Assembly: GCF_009914755.1 (NCBI RefSeq)
Contig: NC_060927.1
Reading direction: 5' to 3' (one strand)
Source of the DNA: the human T2T-CHM13v2.0 reference genome, Homo sapiens
Length of the DNA: 64,000 nt
Position 1 is the stretch's first letter, and each line of letters begins with the position of its first letter. Of this stretch, positions 46,566 to 58,720 are shown one piece after another. Made by a program: the position numbers and the translations under genes. Below the pieces are notes generated by a model. That model saw only the letters and a list, made by a program, of their open reading frames with translations, searched no databases and was not told the DNA's origin.

Positions 46566-46602
46566 TTGACCCTACAGAGAATGTTTGACCCTACAGAGAA
46601 TG
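46566..46602. repeat. 19-bp period tandem duplication
   Basis: TTGACCCTACAGAGAATG at 46566-46583 and 46585-46602. Confidence 0.9.
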
Positions 46603-47811
46603 GCTGGCTGTTGGTGTTCACAGCCGTGAGCATAGTGTGGTCCACAGCCTCGGTGTGGAAAATGGTCTCTGTGGTTGAATTGAGAGAAGAGCAAATGAAC
46701 TGGTCTGGAATAGGGTGTACACGTAAGTAGAAGATAAGATTGAAAACAAATTTAGTGCCAAAATCTGAGGGACCTTGAGCCCCATGCCAAAGAGTCTGTA
46801 TACCTTATCTAATTTGTTTAATGGGGCCACTAGGCAATTACGGGTCCGGGACCCGCATGGCAAGAATGCCTTCCATCCACAGCAGCCCTTGATGTGAGGT
46901 CAGAAAGCTAACTGCTAAACTTGCAGTCCTGAGGGAACACCCTCAAATGGATAAACCCAGCTAAGCAAGCTGGACCATTTCCTTGGGAATTATTCACCTC
47001 TCAATCAAAGAAGGAAACTTCCCAAATTCAATCCATTTGCCTTAACGTGGTGTCCCATTACCACGAATACTGAGTTGTATACATTCTTCCCTAGCTCCCT
47101 TGAACAAGCTTCTCTACTACTTTTCTTAAAAAAAAAATTACCCATTTATGACTTATTTATTATTTATCCCCTTCCTATAAGGGAATGTCCACTCTTTGAG
47201 ATCCTCATTCTTCCTCCATCATGATGATGTGATGATGTAATGATGTAGTCAAGGCGCTTCCCTGGCCTAATGTGTATGAGGGCAGGCTTTGAAGTTTGAC
47301 AGTCTTAAAGCTAGAGTGGTGTCATGCATTGCTCACCTCTCTAATCCCAGATTTCCTCCTCTGTATAATGGGATAAATACCTTTCCTATGAACATTTTCA
47401 GATTTTTAAATATTAATAATTCATATGAAATACTCAGCCCAGAGCTCTGTACAAAATATATTACTCAATAAATGTAGCCATTGATATTATTAATAATATT
47501 ATTAAATATTGAGAATGAATTCTACCAAAGTGCATGGCACTTCCAGTGGCTGATTCTGTTTTATGTAGCCACAGGCCTTTACCAAAGGCAATGGCAATAA
47601 AGAGAGGGCACAGCAAGATCTATACTCCTTTAAACTAAGGTAACCCACTTCAGTTAGTCCCCACAGCTTCTCTTGCAACTCTTACCCTATTAGCTGTTTC
47701 TGGGGAGAAATTTAATGGGCATAGATACTGGGTGGATAGACCATACCCCAGTGATACTCCAGAGAGTGAAAAAGAGAAGTTAACACAGGGCGTGACTTCC
47801 TATGTTTAACT

Positions 47812-47985
47812 TGCAGTTCTTATCTTACGTTGCCCATCAGAATTATCTGTGGCATATTCTAACCATATTCTTCCTAGGCCTCACCCCTAGAGATACTGAA
47901 TTAATTGTTCTTGTGGGTAGAGTCACTGTTATGCTTTAAGCTTCCCAAGTGATTCTGATGGGCAGCCAAGACTAAGAATCTATGA
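47812..47985. mobile_element. MER5A-like hAT-Charlie element
   Basis: CATCAGAATTATCTG...CCCTAGAGATACTGAATTAATTG...AAGCTTCCCAAGTGATTCTGATGGGCAGCCAAG. Confidence 0.7.
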
Positions 47986-48616
47986 TTTAGATAGAAGATG
48001 GGAAGCCGAGGGAGGCCATGGGAAAGCTCTGATGGTGAGTATGGGAAGAATCAACATAAAACAAGCACTCAACAAGTGTGCATCTAGTTGAAGCCTTGCT
48101 TCTCCTGCATTTGTTATCTCAGTGTGCTATTTAAAAGCAGCACAAAAAACAAGGAGTGAAGACCTTGATATCAAGGATGTGAAAGCTACTTCTAATCTTC
48201 AAACAGATATTAGGCAGGGGCTTTAAGACTTCAACTTGAGAGAAAAGCTAAGGCACCTGGTATGTGTGTGCTCAAGTGAAATATTTGTGCTGACTGAGGG
48301 CTTCAATGTCAGGCTGTCTGAAAGGACACAATATCAACAGCTTTGCTGTGCTTGTGTATGAGTCTTTAAATGAATATATCTGGTTATAGCTTATCTCTTT
48401 TCTCCATGCTCCCTCATTTCCAATTTCCAGGTAATGGAGATCATCTAGTTCGGTTTCAGCTGCTTTATTTTGCAGATGAGCAAACCCAGTGATGCCTGTG
48501 ATCTAGATGGAGGCAGATTTCCTCTCTCCCCCACCCTGGTATACCATAGTCTGTTCTAATGCTGGGATCAAGGATGAAAGTGCTAATTTGGGAGTGTCCC
48601 CCACTTTCTTACTAGC

Positions 48617-48962
48617 TGATATGGTTTGGCTTTGTCCCTACCCAAACCTCATCTTGAATTGTGATCCCCACATGTCAAGGGAGGGAGGTGATTGGATCGT
48701 GGGGGCCCTTCCCCCATGCTGTTCTCTTCATAGTGAGGGAGTTCTTATGAGATCTGAGATTTTTAAGGCAGTTTTCCTTGCTCTTGCTCGCTTCTCCCTC
48801 TGCTGCCACCTTGTGAAGAAGGTGCCTGCTTCCCCTTCTGCCATGATTTTAAGTTTCCTGAGGCCTCCTCTGCCATGCGGAACTGTGAGTCAGTTAAACC
48901 TCTTTAGAAATTACCCATTCTCAGGGAAGTTTTTTATAGCAGTGTGAAAATGGAGTAATTCA
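48617..48962 (+). mobile_element. THE1D-like MaLR solo LTR
   Basis: Starts TGATATGGTTTGGCT; contains GCCATGATTTTAAGTTTCCTGAGGCCTCC; ends TTTATAGCAGTGTGAAAATGGAGTAATTCA. Confidence 0.92.
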
Positions 48963-48993
48963 ATGACCCTTTCTTACTGACTCATTGGTCTGA

Positions 48994-49293
<300 letters not shown>

Positions 49294-50767
49294 TGAAACA
49301 CAATTCTTACCTTAACTGCCCCAGGCACCACGGCAGAAGAACCATGACCTTGCTGAGAGGCACTGCATGCCAAATGAGACTTAGTTTTTCCAAAGTACTT
49401 GGGAGAAGAAAAACAATAATCTATATGATGGGCTTTTGGCCTAAACCCATATCCTTTAGATGACGGAATTTGGCATAGCTCATATTCTGGTTTAAAGAAA
49501 AATGTTTTGTTATGATGTCATTTGCCTAATTAATAGCAAAAGAGGATTGAATTTTCCCTATGCAATGTCATCTAGCCTTTGAGATTTTAGAGTTAATGAC
49601 TCAAATCAATTGTCCTGTCTTCTGTGAAACCTTCCTGATGCCTTCAGTTGGATAAATCTACCCTTGGTGTTCATAAGGCATTATATTGATGCCTCTGATG
49701 TTATGCAGATATATCCCTTCTTGGCTTTGTTTGCCCATTCAATGAACATTTGTTGAACACCACCTATATGCCAAGATAGTTGGAAGATGGAAGTGTGGTA
49801 CACAGAGGATGTGGAAGGGAATCACAGAAGATGAGACTATGAAGGCAGGCCCTTCAAGGACTTTCTAAGTAGTACTCAGGAGTTTGACAAAGAGGAGCTA
49901 GAAGAGGTTTGTGAAGTCAGATGAGTAATATAATTAGGTTTGTATTTTATGAAGGGCAACATCTAAATATGGCTTGTCTATTCAGCAAGCACTTATTAAG
50001 TGCCTTTTGCATGGTAGACAACATGCTTGATGCTGAAGATACAAGAAAAAATTTAAAATGGTCCTTGCCCTCAAGGAGCTCACAGTCTATTGAGTTACCT
50101 TTCTGACTTTCCCACTAGATTGTGAGCTCCTGGAGGGCAGGCACTTTCGTTCATCTGAAAAAGAGCTTAAATTTCAGTGTTAATCCTAGATTACAATCCC
50201 GCCTCTATTATTTTAACTTTGTTCACATCTGTTAACTGCTCTGAAAATCAGAGCTAATACTGCCTACCTCATCAGGGAAAGATTAAACGAGAAAAGAATG
50301 AGATGTGATTGACACAGCAGGAGCTCTGTGTATGCTATTTCCTCCTCTATCTCTGTGCCTGGTACATGGTAAACATTCAGGACACTTCTGCTGCCTGCTT
50401 GGCTGGAGAGCCTGTCTATGCAGCCTCAGTGTTGGGAGGATTTGAGCCTGGGGTCGGCCTGGCACCCAGCTATGGTAGTTAGCAAATCTATCCTCAGCTC
50501 AGTCAGTGATCAAATCACTGGCTCTAGGCTGTAAACTAACAGGGCCAGAATTGGGTTCTGGACTCTGAAGCCCAGGCATGCATATTGCAAAAGTCAGAAT
50601 CGAAGTCATAGGAAAATGATGAAATTTCCTTTCTGGCCAGAATGCTATTATTTCACCAAGGGCAACAAATCTTCTTGGCAGGAAAAGTTGACTTGCTTGT
50701 GCTTTGTGTAATCAATTGTATTTGCAAGTGATGGAGTCCTTCTCACAGTGGCTTAGAGGAGGTGTTA

Positions 50768-50890
50768 ACCACTATTCTACTCTCTACTTCCATGAGATCA
50801 ACTTTTTTAGATTCCACACTTGAGTGAGATCATGCAATATTTATCTTTCTGTGCCTGGCTTATTTCACTCAACATAATGTCCTCCAGGTT
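50768..50890 (-). mobile_element. L1MA-type 3' fragment
   Basis: ACTTTTTTAGATTCCACA...GAGATCATGCAATATTT...CTGGCTTATTTCACTCAACATAATGTCCTCCAGGTT. Confidence 0.8.
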
Positions 50891-53754
50891 TGTTTGACAT
50901 TTCATTGTTTTCGGAGAATTTTCACAGTTCATTATCTCACTTCACAGTTCCTAATAGTCTCTCTGAGGTCCATATGGTAAGAATTAGTACCCTTTACTAT
51001 ATTTGTTGAATCACAAGTGAGTGGAGGAATGGGTATAGTTGAGACCCACAGAAGTGAAGTGACTTGCCCAAATCCATATAGCTTATTATGCTACCTGTTT
51101 GTTAGAGGTTTCCTGTTGTATCAGAAACTAGTGAGATAAATATTAGTAATTTTTGTCCCATTGACACATGATGGTATATCAGGAATTCTGAGCTCATTTT
51201 TTTTTTTTGGCTCAATAAGTGACCTTAGAAAATCCAGAATGGGATTTTTAAGTTGAATATCCTTCTCTGACCTGTGAAATCACTGCATCTGTTTCCCTGA
51301 CTTTATCACAAGGTAACCCAAGATATTGCCAATATTTACATGTGACAAACTCTGAAAGATGTGCATAATGCTCCCAAAGGTCATCATCTTCATACCTACC
51401 TTATAAAGTGCAAATGGAATTGACCTAGTCTAGAATAAGCAGGCGAGATGCAGAGAGATTATGTGACATAGCTAGGTCATGTGACTAGTATGCAGCAGGC
51501 TTGGGGCATAAATCCTAGTCCTCTGGCTCCCGAGTCCAGTGTTCATTACGCTATGTGACATGTCAGTATTGCTGTTTGCTCGGGGTTAGGCTTTTCCTTT
51601 GGAGGTTAGAGCTTGATAACTCTAAATCGATAAACTTCTTAGTATGCCACAGTAATGCTAGCAGAAAGTATTTGTTGAAGCAAAAAATATGTTGTTTCAA
51701 GGGGTCTGCTCCCTGAAAGATAAGTTTTTTTCTTTATTTGTGGTTTTACATCTAATTTTTCTAATGTTTCAAAAAACATTCTGTGTTCCTTTAATCTACA
51801 AGTTGGAATGGATACGGTGCCCTAATTTTCGTGTTCCCTTTGAGCACAAGCAATAACACATTTTAAAGGATGATAAATAGCTGTGTAAAATGTAGATGGG
51901 TTCTATAAATACTTACCAAAATCCCTGTAGTCAGACCCTGGTAGAAGGAGAGAATAGTCAAAGTGTTCTCTCTTTCCACATTCTTCTTCTTCTTTTAGGG
52001 GTAGTTTGGTAGTTAAGAACACAGTTGCTAGACCCAGACAGACTCAGACTTGAGTCTTGCCCTACCTGTACTACCTGTTAGATTTTAGGGAACTCCTTAA
52101 TTTTCATGGGCCTCTATTTGTAGAAGGATGCTAACAATATTATGTGTAGTTTTTAGAACATTCATCTAGTATAATCCCTATACATTTTAAGTAGGTAATT
52201 ATGGGTTATCTCTCATGACTGTTTTTATCTTCATCTGAGACCCTTTCTTTCTTCCTTTAAGATACTTCTATCCATATTTTTCCCTAGAGAGAAACAGTAT
52301 TAGCTACTCCTGCCTGTCAGTTTAAGCTACTGTGTCATGACTATTTTGCATTTCTAAGTTTATCCTTACCTTTATCATCAAAGTGCTGACTAATGCAGTA
52401 TCTGCCACCTTGTGCCTGCTCAGTAAATACAATTTGGGTTAAACTTTATTCATTTTTAGTTATGAGTGCAATATAATGACATAGCTAAAAGTTCGAAAGT
52501 AGAGAAGGGATAACAAATAGGTACTGATAATGCCACTCTTGTAATACTACATGTAGCTGACTGGTGAAGGCCATGGATTATAGAGTCATACTGGAATCCA
52601 GGCTTCAGTGCCTTGAGTGCTCTACTTAGAAATCTGTGCTTTAATTTCCTTAGCACTGAATGAGGGCAATAAAAGTAACCACCTAATCAAGATGCAGGGT
52701 GGATGAAATACATCTGAAGCATTTGGAGTAAGGCCTGGCCCAAAGGTTAGCTGTAATAATAAAAAGGTGGATGGTGACGATGTACATGATGATGGTTTGT
52801 GTGTCCCTTTATTCATATTGCCATTCACAAATTACTTGAGTAGTCCTACTTCTCCTGTTTGGTTTATTTGTTGCAAGAAACATGTGCATTAGAAGATTGA
52901 AGATGATTGCGCCCACTTGAGGAAACCGGACCCAGAGAGGTGAAATGATTTCCTAAATAGCACCCAGAAAGTTTATGATAGAGAGGAACATAGAACTCTA
53001 GCAGCCAGGCTGCTCTATTCTTATTTTCTCTATACTTTTCTTGTTGGAAAAGGACACTGTTGACTCCTAGTTACCATCTAACATTGTGGTCCAAGCTACA
53101 GAGACAGTAGAGCACATTAAGTTCTTTCAGTCTGGCTTTTATGCTGGCTTTGTGTGATAGTGCCTCATATCCACTGAAACGTAAGTACTTAAGGAGTGGA
53201 TGGGAAGTATTCCTGGAAACTCACAGCTAAGCTTTTATGTAAAGACAGCACATAAAAAAAAAACCACTTTTCATAACTTTATGGAACCTGCAAAAAAATC
53301 TTGGCTTCCTTCATGATGCTTGCCCCTAGAGTGTCAGCATAGCCCTTGCAGAGAAACCCCAGGATACCTGTATTTCTCCACCCTGGCCTTCCTCTGAGCA
53401 TTGAGTTGTTAGCATCAAAAAATCACCACAGCCACGTTGATCCTCATTTTCTTCAGCCTCTATAGAGCCTGCTATGCCAGGGTCCTGGGTAATCTGCAGA
53501 CAGCTGCTGTCATGCAGCCTCATATATGGGTTGACTTTACCAGCAAAGAATTCCCTCACCTTCGAGACATCACTGACATCTTCATGCACAGCACAGACAA
53601 TGAAACAAACAAAAAAGAACAAAGAGGGACATAAAGGTTGGAGGTCATTTACATTTGCATTTACTTGAAAGGAAACATGCTAACTTGTTGACTTGACTCA
53701 CTTGATGTACTTTTTCGAGATTTCACCTGGAATCTTGTTCTTGCTAGATCTCTG

Positions 53755-54020
53755 GATATGCAAATCCCATCTTTGTCCAAGACCTAATTCAAATGCCACC
53801 TTTTCTTGAGAATGTCCCTTCATCTCCTGAGCTACAACCATCTCCCCTTTCTCTGTGCTCTGATAGCACATCATTAAAACATTTTACTTCGGATTGATGG
53901 ACATTTTTGTGTGTCTAATATTTTCTACTATATCTTCTAGAGGGCAAGACCTACTTCTCAATATCTTTAGCATGGCACTTACTAGGCACTCAGCAAGTGC
54001 CCTTTGAATAAATGTATTAT
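53755..54020 (+). mobile_element. L2 3' fragment, degenerate
   Basis: TTCAAATGCCACCTTTTC...GAGGGCAAGACC...TAGGCACTCAG pattern. Confidence 0.5.
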
Positions 54021-54449
54021 TTGCAATCATCTCTTCAGGTATATGTAGTTTTTGTGTTAGAAGCTTGCTAGGTTGCATCTTGCAAGAGAAACAATGTGAT
54101 CCTTCACATGTACTTGTTCTTCTCCGAATGACTTTCTATGCAAGAAGCACTGGAGGCTGAGTTCATACGTTCAGCATTGTCAGCAGAATTGAGTCCTGAA
54201 TGACCTGGGTCAGTCACTACATTAGATGATTTGATTAGAAAAAAGAATAAAGCCAGTTATAACTTGTTTTCTGCCTATTACCCAGGATATTTAGAATGAT
54301 GGAGATGCAGAAGCATTTAGAGTTTTTGATGATACTCATGGTGGTATCATGAAAATAACACCTTGTGTGTTTATGGCACATAATTACATGAAACTCATTT
54401 TATTCTCATTAGAGTGTCACCTTGAATCCTGTTCTTTTTGGTCTTAATG

Positions 54450-54670
54450 TTTAGTGATTAGAACTTGGGAAGCAATTTCTAGAACCAGAATGGTCGGGTA
54501 CAAATCCTAGCTCCTTCTCATATCAGCTCTGAGAACTTGGGCAGGTAATTTAACTTCATGATGTCTCAATTTCCTAATCTGTACAGTGGGGCAGCCAGAG
54601 TACTTATTTCATTGTATTATTTGAGAAGTGGGAGGACATAGTGCATAGTGATTCTATAAATATTACTATT
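54450..54670 (+). mobile_element. MIR SINE, degenerate
   Basis: GGGTACAAATCCTAGCTC...CTTGGGCAGGTAATTTAAC...TCAATTTCCTAATCTGTACAGTGGGG. Confidence 0.7.
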
Positions 54671-55627
54671 GCAACCACCAGGCTTTGCATAAGGCCCTAA
54701 GTCAAGAAAACTTTCACCGTTTAACAGAGATGTTTCTCTCTGAAAGGCATGTTATTTGAGAAATAGTTGTTGAGATGAAAGGGGGGAGGCAAGATAGAGG
54801 CCAGCTTGATGAGGGCTTTGAACTCAGCCCTATCAACAAGAAGACCATAGGGCTGCATAGACTGAGGAGAAACACTCTTTGTTTGTCGAGGAAAAGGAAA
54901 CTTGCAAAGGGATGGCACCAGCGCAGCCCGACAGAATTCTCTGTGGGCCACATCTGTTCATGCCAGCTGTTGTCAGTGTGTGTCGCCTCGCCGAGAATAA
55001 CAGCAATGATTTTCACTTTATAGCAACTTCCATCTTGGGATCTCAGAATGCTGCATAAATGTAGATTAGGGCTCCCAAAATTTTTGCCAAGAATGAGCAT
55101 ACTTTACAGAGCATCAAGAATGCGTCACTCTTCTGAGTGAATCTTTATTGGTGCAAAGAGAATTAAACGAATATTGAATTAGACCTTCCTTCCTGATGTG
55201 AGCTTTCTTCTTGATTTTACTCCTTATTTTCTAGATGACCTTGAATAACTCAGTTTCCCTCCTTGACACTCAGTTTTCTTCTTATAAATGAAGGGATTCA
55301 TGTACTACTAAATGGTCTCCAGTGTCTTTTCTGTTTCTGAAATTCACAGAAGGCAGGGAATCTAAAGTTGCCTCCCACATTTTAGAAAGGCCTAAGTTGT
55401 TGTAGAATTGAATATTTTCTTAGCATTTTATTCATGATATGGTAAGAACCCGGCAGAAAATTTTTCAGTTTGGTCACTGGAAAATGACACTGTCCTTTAG
55501 CTTCTAATGTGAAAGAATATAGTATTATTTACCTGTTTTTCCCTTTGCCCACCTTTAGGTACAGTACTATTTATTATTTTATTTTACTATTTTAAGATTT
55601 AACATTAATTCTCTAGCTTATATCTCA

Positions 55628-56000
<373 letters not shown>

Positions 56001-57641
56001 TAAAAAACAACCATGTCTCTCAAAGCCTTGTACTCAGACCACCTGCATCAGAATTAGTTGGGGGTACTTGTAATATTTTTGGTTTCCATCTTTGTGCGCA
56101 GAGAGACTATATCATTAAAAAATGTTTGTCCTTAAGAAAGGTTCTTTTGATAGTTCAAGACTTTGTAATGTATGTGAAATTCCACTACAAATAAGTGGAT
56201 GGGTTGTTAAATCTCACTGGCAAAAGGCAGATGAGTTGAGAGACTGAGGCACTTTTGTTGCGGTTAAGCATCCCTTTCTGGAATTGATGACTGGATTCAA
56301 ATCCCAGGTTCTCCACTTATTATCACGGTAATCTTTGTACTCCAGCTTTCTCATTTGTAAATTCAGAATAGAAGCCACCTAATATGGTTGCACTGGTGAT
56401 GAAATAAGTTACTCAATATAAAACATTTTGAACACCTACTAAGCACTCAGAATACCTTATTTATACTCTTGTAAATTATACATAAATTAATACATAAATT
56501 AAATACTAATGTATTTCTACCTTTCAGAGTTTGTGGGAATGGATAAAAGATTCCTTCAATATGACTACTATTATTTTAATCATGGTCAGTGATTGATTAG
56601 AAATATTAAATGTTGCTGGTCTTTAGATTCACTGTCAGAGCATGATCTTTCTTCCCCTCGGCTGCAGTGCTGACGAATAACACTGAGTCATTCATATTCT
56701 CTCATCCACCTTCCTGCCACATTTGAAAGACATCCATAGCTCATATTTGACAGACTGTGTGTGAGCATTTAATACAAATAATCGTGCGCCACTGTCAAAT
56801 ATTAGCACATGCCATGTGTCTTCTTATGTATTACTCACAGTGGCTCTCAGATGAAGGCATCTACCCAGCTCCTCTGCCTACTTTCCCAACTCCATTTACA
56901 GGTGAAGACGCTAAAGGGGGGAACAAAAAACTTGTGAAATGTTATACAAAACTGGAGGTATAATTTGGCATTTGAACCAGCTTGTTCTGCCTCTGAAGCC
57001 CACGCTTTCTCCATTATACCACAATCAATATTTCTGAAAGTAAAAAAGGCCACATTGGTCTCCAGCTTCTGGTCTAATTAGCACCATACTTTAATCAGTG
57101 AGTTTGACTGTCTTGATTAACCTTTACGATAGACCATGTAAGTTTCATATTTCTAAATGAATATATAGAGATGGCTGTAAATTAGTGGAAAAACACTAAG
57201 CTGGAATCAAAAGACTCCTGCCTAACTCTTGGTTCTGCCACTTAATATGGGTATGATTTTGGCTAATCACTTAACAAACCACTAACTTGGTTTCTACAGA
57301 AAGAAGAAATGATTTCATGCATTGGACAATATTAAATAATCTAGTGTGTGTGTGTTGCACCCAAGTATCTTTTGACTGTAAAAGCACATAGAAAGGTGAA
57401 GGAATTTTAATCCCATGGTTGATAGAGTAGAATGCCACCTCAGTTCCTCTGAATTCTGTCCCTCATTCAAGTCCTAATTCAAGCTCTTTAAGCACACAGT
57501 ACTCTCTCTCTCTCTCTCTCTGTCTCTCTTAATCTGTATCATCCATTGATACACTTGAATAATATTTATACATCATAGTATATCTTTAAGGATGATATTA
57601 GTTTCTTAATTGGTGTAGGCTGGACCATCTCATTTAACTTA

Positions 57642-57878
57642 TGGCTCATGCCTGTAATCCCAGCACTTTGGGATGCCGAGGCGGGCAGATCACTTGAGGT
57701 CAGGAGTTAGAGACCAGCCTGGGCAACACGGTGAAACCCTGTCTCTACTCAAAATACAAAAATTAGACAGAGAAATTGCTTGAACCTGGGAGGCATAGGA
57801 TGCAATGAGCTGAGATTATGCCACTGCTCTCCAGCCTGGGCAACAGAGAGAGAATCCGTCTAAAACAACAACAACAAC
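57642..57878 (+). mobile_element. Older Alu (Sz/J-like) with internal deletion and (ACA)n tail
   Basis: The left arm is intact apart from the first ~11 nt. About 55 bp at the start of the right arm is missing at ~57770. Confidence 0.9.
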
Positions 57879-58569
57879 TCACAAAGTAAATTCTATTTAC
57901 CCCATTTTATTTTTGAAATAACTAATAGGTAGTAAAATTCAGCATCCTGCACTGGATCATACAATTGGTAAGCTGTGGATGTGGGATTTGAACCCAAGTA
58001 AGCAGACCCTAGAACCTATATATCTAAGGCATACTGATTACTATCAACGTTCAATTTTTTGCTTTGTTCTTTTATTTCTCCTTCATATACCTTGATTTCC
58101 TGACTGGATTATAAATTCTATGAACTGGTTGCATCTCACTCATTTTGATGACTGCTTTAATGCCTAATTAATTACTATTATTTGTGGATAATTTAATATA
58201 GATTTCATAGGAGGCTATAGTTTGCTACACTGCTCGTGTACTCTAGAAACAAGGACCCTTGACTTTTTTCTCTTCTTTGGCTATAAGCTTATCTTCTTAC
58301 CATGTTGAGATACTTTGATTTGATTTTCACTGGTCAAGCAAAAAAACATGTTCTTGTTATTTTCACTTAGGCACTTTGTCTGCCTCCCTGCTGAGGCCCA
58401 AAAATTCAGTGTGATCGGTGTGTCTGTCAGAAGGTAGGATTGCTTGCCTAGGGTGGCATTGTTATTGAACAAAACACATGCCCTTTCTTTGCATCCTAAG
58501 TGTCTTGGATTGCTGAGCCAGAACCGCTCTGACTCAAATGAAAACCACCTTGTGTTAGGTGAAAGATGG

Positions 58570-58720
58570 GGAGTTAACCATTTGTTTGCTGGTTTGCATT
58601 TCCCACGAAAAACTCAAAAACAGAAATTTACCTCGCCATGGAAAGTGATGTGCCAAGCGTCATATTTGCATATTAAAACCGAAAACTGATTTGCATGTTA
58701 TTTCAGTGTCTTGTGTCACG
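58570..58720. promoter_or_regulatory. Candidate POU-factor enhancer (paired octamers)
   Basis: Perfect ATTTGCAT at 58664-58671 and 58689-58696, plus a near-match GTTTGCAT at 58592-58599, in unique sequence. Confidence 0.45.

Noticed and set aside
47484-47510. AT-only palindromes (TTAATAATATTATTAA)
   Set aside because: Low-complexity tail of a MIR-like relic
48507-48947. 146-aa ORF (and ORFs at 12765-13156)
   Set aside because: They lie in THE1 LTR sequence and show no protein features.
54714-55100. 128-aa ORF (also 41113..41496 and 59161..59562)
   Set aside because: They have no recognisable domain or exon structure, and these lengths are expected by chance in 64 kb.
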